64,000 nucleotides of DNA, from contig CP066697.1 of the NCBI GenBank assembly GCA_016432625.1, positions 392,409-456,408 on the forward strand, read 5' to 3'. The stretch is from Candidatus Berkelbacteria bacterium. GTDB taxonomy: Bacteria > Patescibacteriota > UBA1384 > 2-12-FULL-50-11. A program made the translations under genes and the position numbers. The notes beneath the pieces were generated by a model. That model ran no database searches, was not told the DNA's origin, and saw only the letters and a list, made by a program, of their open reading frames with translations. Positions 63,676-64,000 of the stretch are shown one piece after another (position 1 is the stretch's first letter; every line of letters starts with the position of its first letter).

Positions 63676-64000
63676 TTAGGCAAGAAGAGCGGCTTCCTTC
63701 TTAGCAAGCATAAGCTTGCGAAGACCGGCAGCAGCGACAGCAGCTAAGCCAGCAAACAGGTAGATTTCTCCACCGGCTTTAGGCAGGCTGGTTGTCTTTT
63801 CAGCAGCAACCTTGGTGGTCACGCAGTTAGCGTTCGCACGGGCAGCAGCTGAAGAGCTAGCCGAAGCAGAAGCAGCGGCGGCAGCAGCAGCGCTTGAAGC
63901 GCTTGTGCCTGGGCAGTTCTGGAGGCTAGTAACCGTTTGGTTACCAGTTGAACCAGAAGCAGCCGCAGCGGCGGCAGCAGCGGCAGCGGCGTTTGAGCCA
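63676..64000 (-). CDS. C-terminus of a probable cell-wall-anchored surface protein (5'-partial)
   Basis: Ala/Ser-rich low-complexity region, then LPKAGG, a hydrophobic helix and an RKLMLAKKE tail. A sortase gene is present at 3748. Confidence 0.4.
   Translation of the reverse strand, partial: GSNAAAAAAAAAAASGSTGNQTVTSLQNCPGTSASSAAAAAAASASASSSAAARANANCVTTKVAAEKTTSLPKAGGEIYLFAGLAAVAAAGLRKLMLAKKEAALLA

Noticed and set aside
1-64000. CRISPR arrays, rRNA genes, transposases or integrases
   Set aside because: No regularly spaced direct repeats, no rRNA-like conserved blocks and no transposase or integrase motifs were seen on either strand.

Overview
This 64-kb window looks like a compact chromosomal segment from a small-genome bacterium, probably CPR/Patescibacteria (Saccharibacteria-like). 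That placement is an inference from gene content and compaction, not a database result. The standard genetic code appears to be in use: prfB (RF2, SPF motif) is present and intact, and UGA terminates several genes. Most of the window is housekeeping: purD, tsaC, mreB, nusA, clpC, dinB, lexA, cca, rpsU-yqeY-ybeY-ftsA-ftsZ, nrdJ (B12-dependent) with a PduO-type adenosyltransferase, trxA, a UvrD/AddA-like helicase-nuclease, secDF, tgt, rplL/rplJ/rplA, pth, ybaB and prfB, plus two tRNAs.

The regions that stand out:
1. A ~1.6-kb low-GC islet sits at tRNA-Ala, flanked by imperfect direct repeats of the tRNA 3' end. It carries an HslV/proteasome-like Ntn peptidase.
2. An SOS regulon is visible. Three identical 16-nt LexA-box-like operators of the GTTC-N7-GTTC type sit in the promoters of lexA, dinB (shared with a divergent plsX) and an unknown 84-aa gene.
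3. Two membrane-anchored TraG/VirD4/TrwB-like P-loop ATPase paralogs lie in tandem with a small acidic protein. This is the best candidate for an undescribed system.
4. A GC-rich mini-cluster encodes a FabH-like condensing enzyme and a fatty-acid-hydroxylase-family membrane protein.
5. Several long non-coding stretches with strong secondary structure could be ncRNAs, and there is a promoter-to-terminator leader (riboswitch-like) ahead of an ECF-S-like transporter next to the B12 genes.
6. Two independent cases exist where the 5' end of a gene (NYN-domain gene, ybaB) is duplicated upstream to form a short uORF.

All calls come from reading the sequence by eye and from motif knowledge; no database searches were run.
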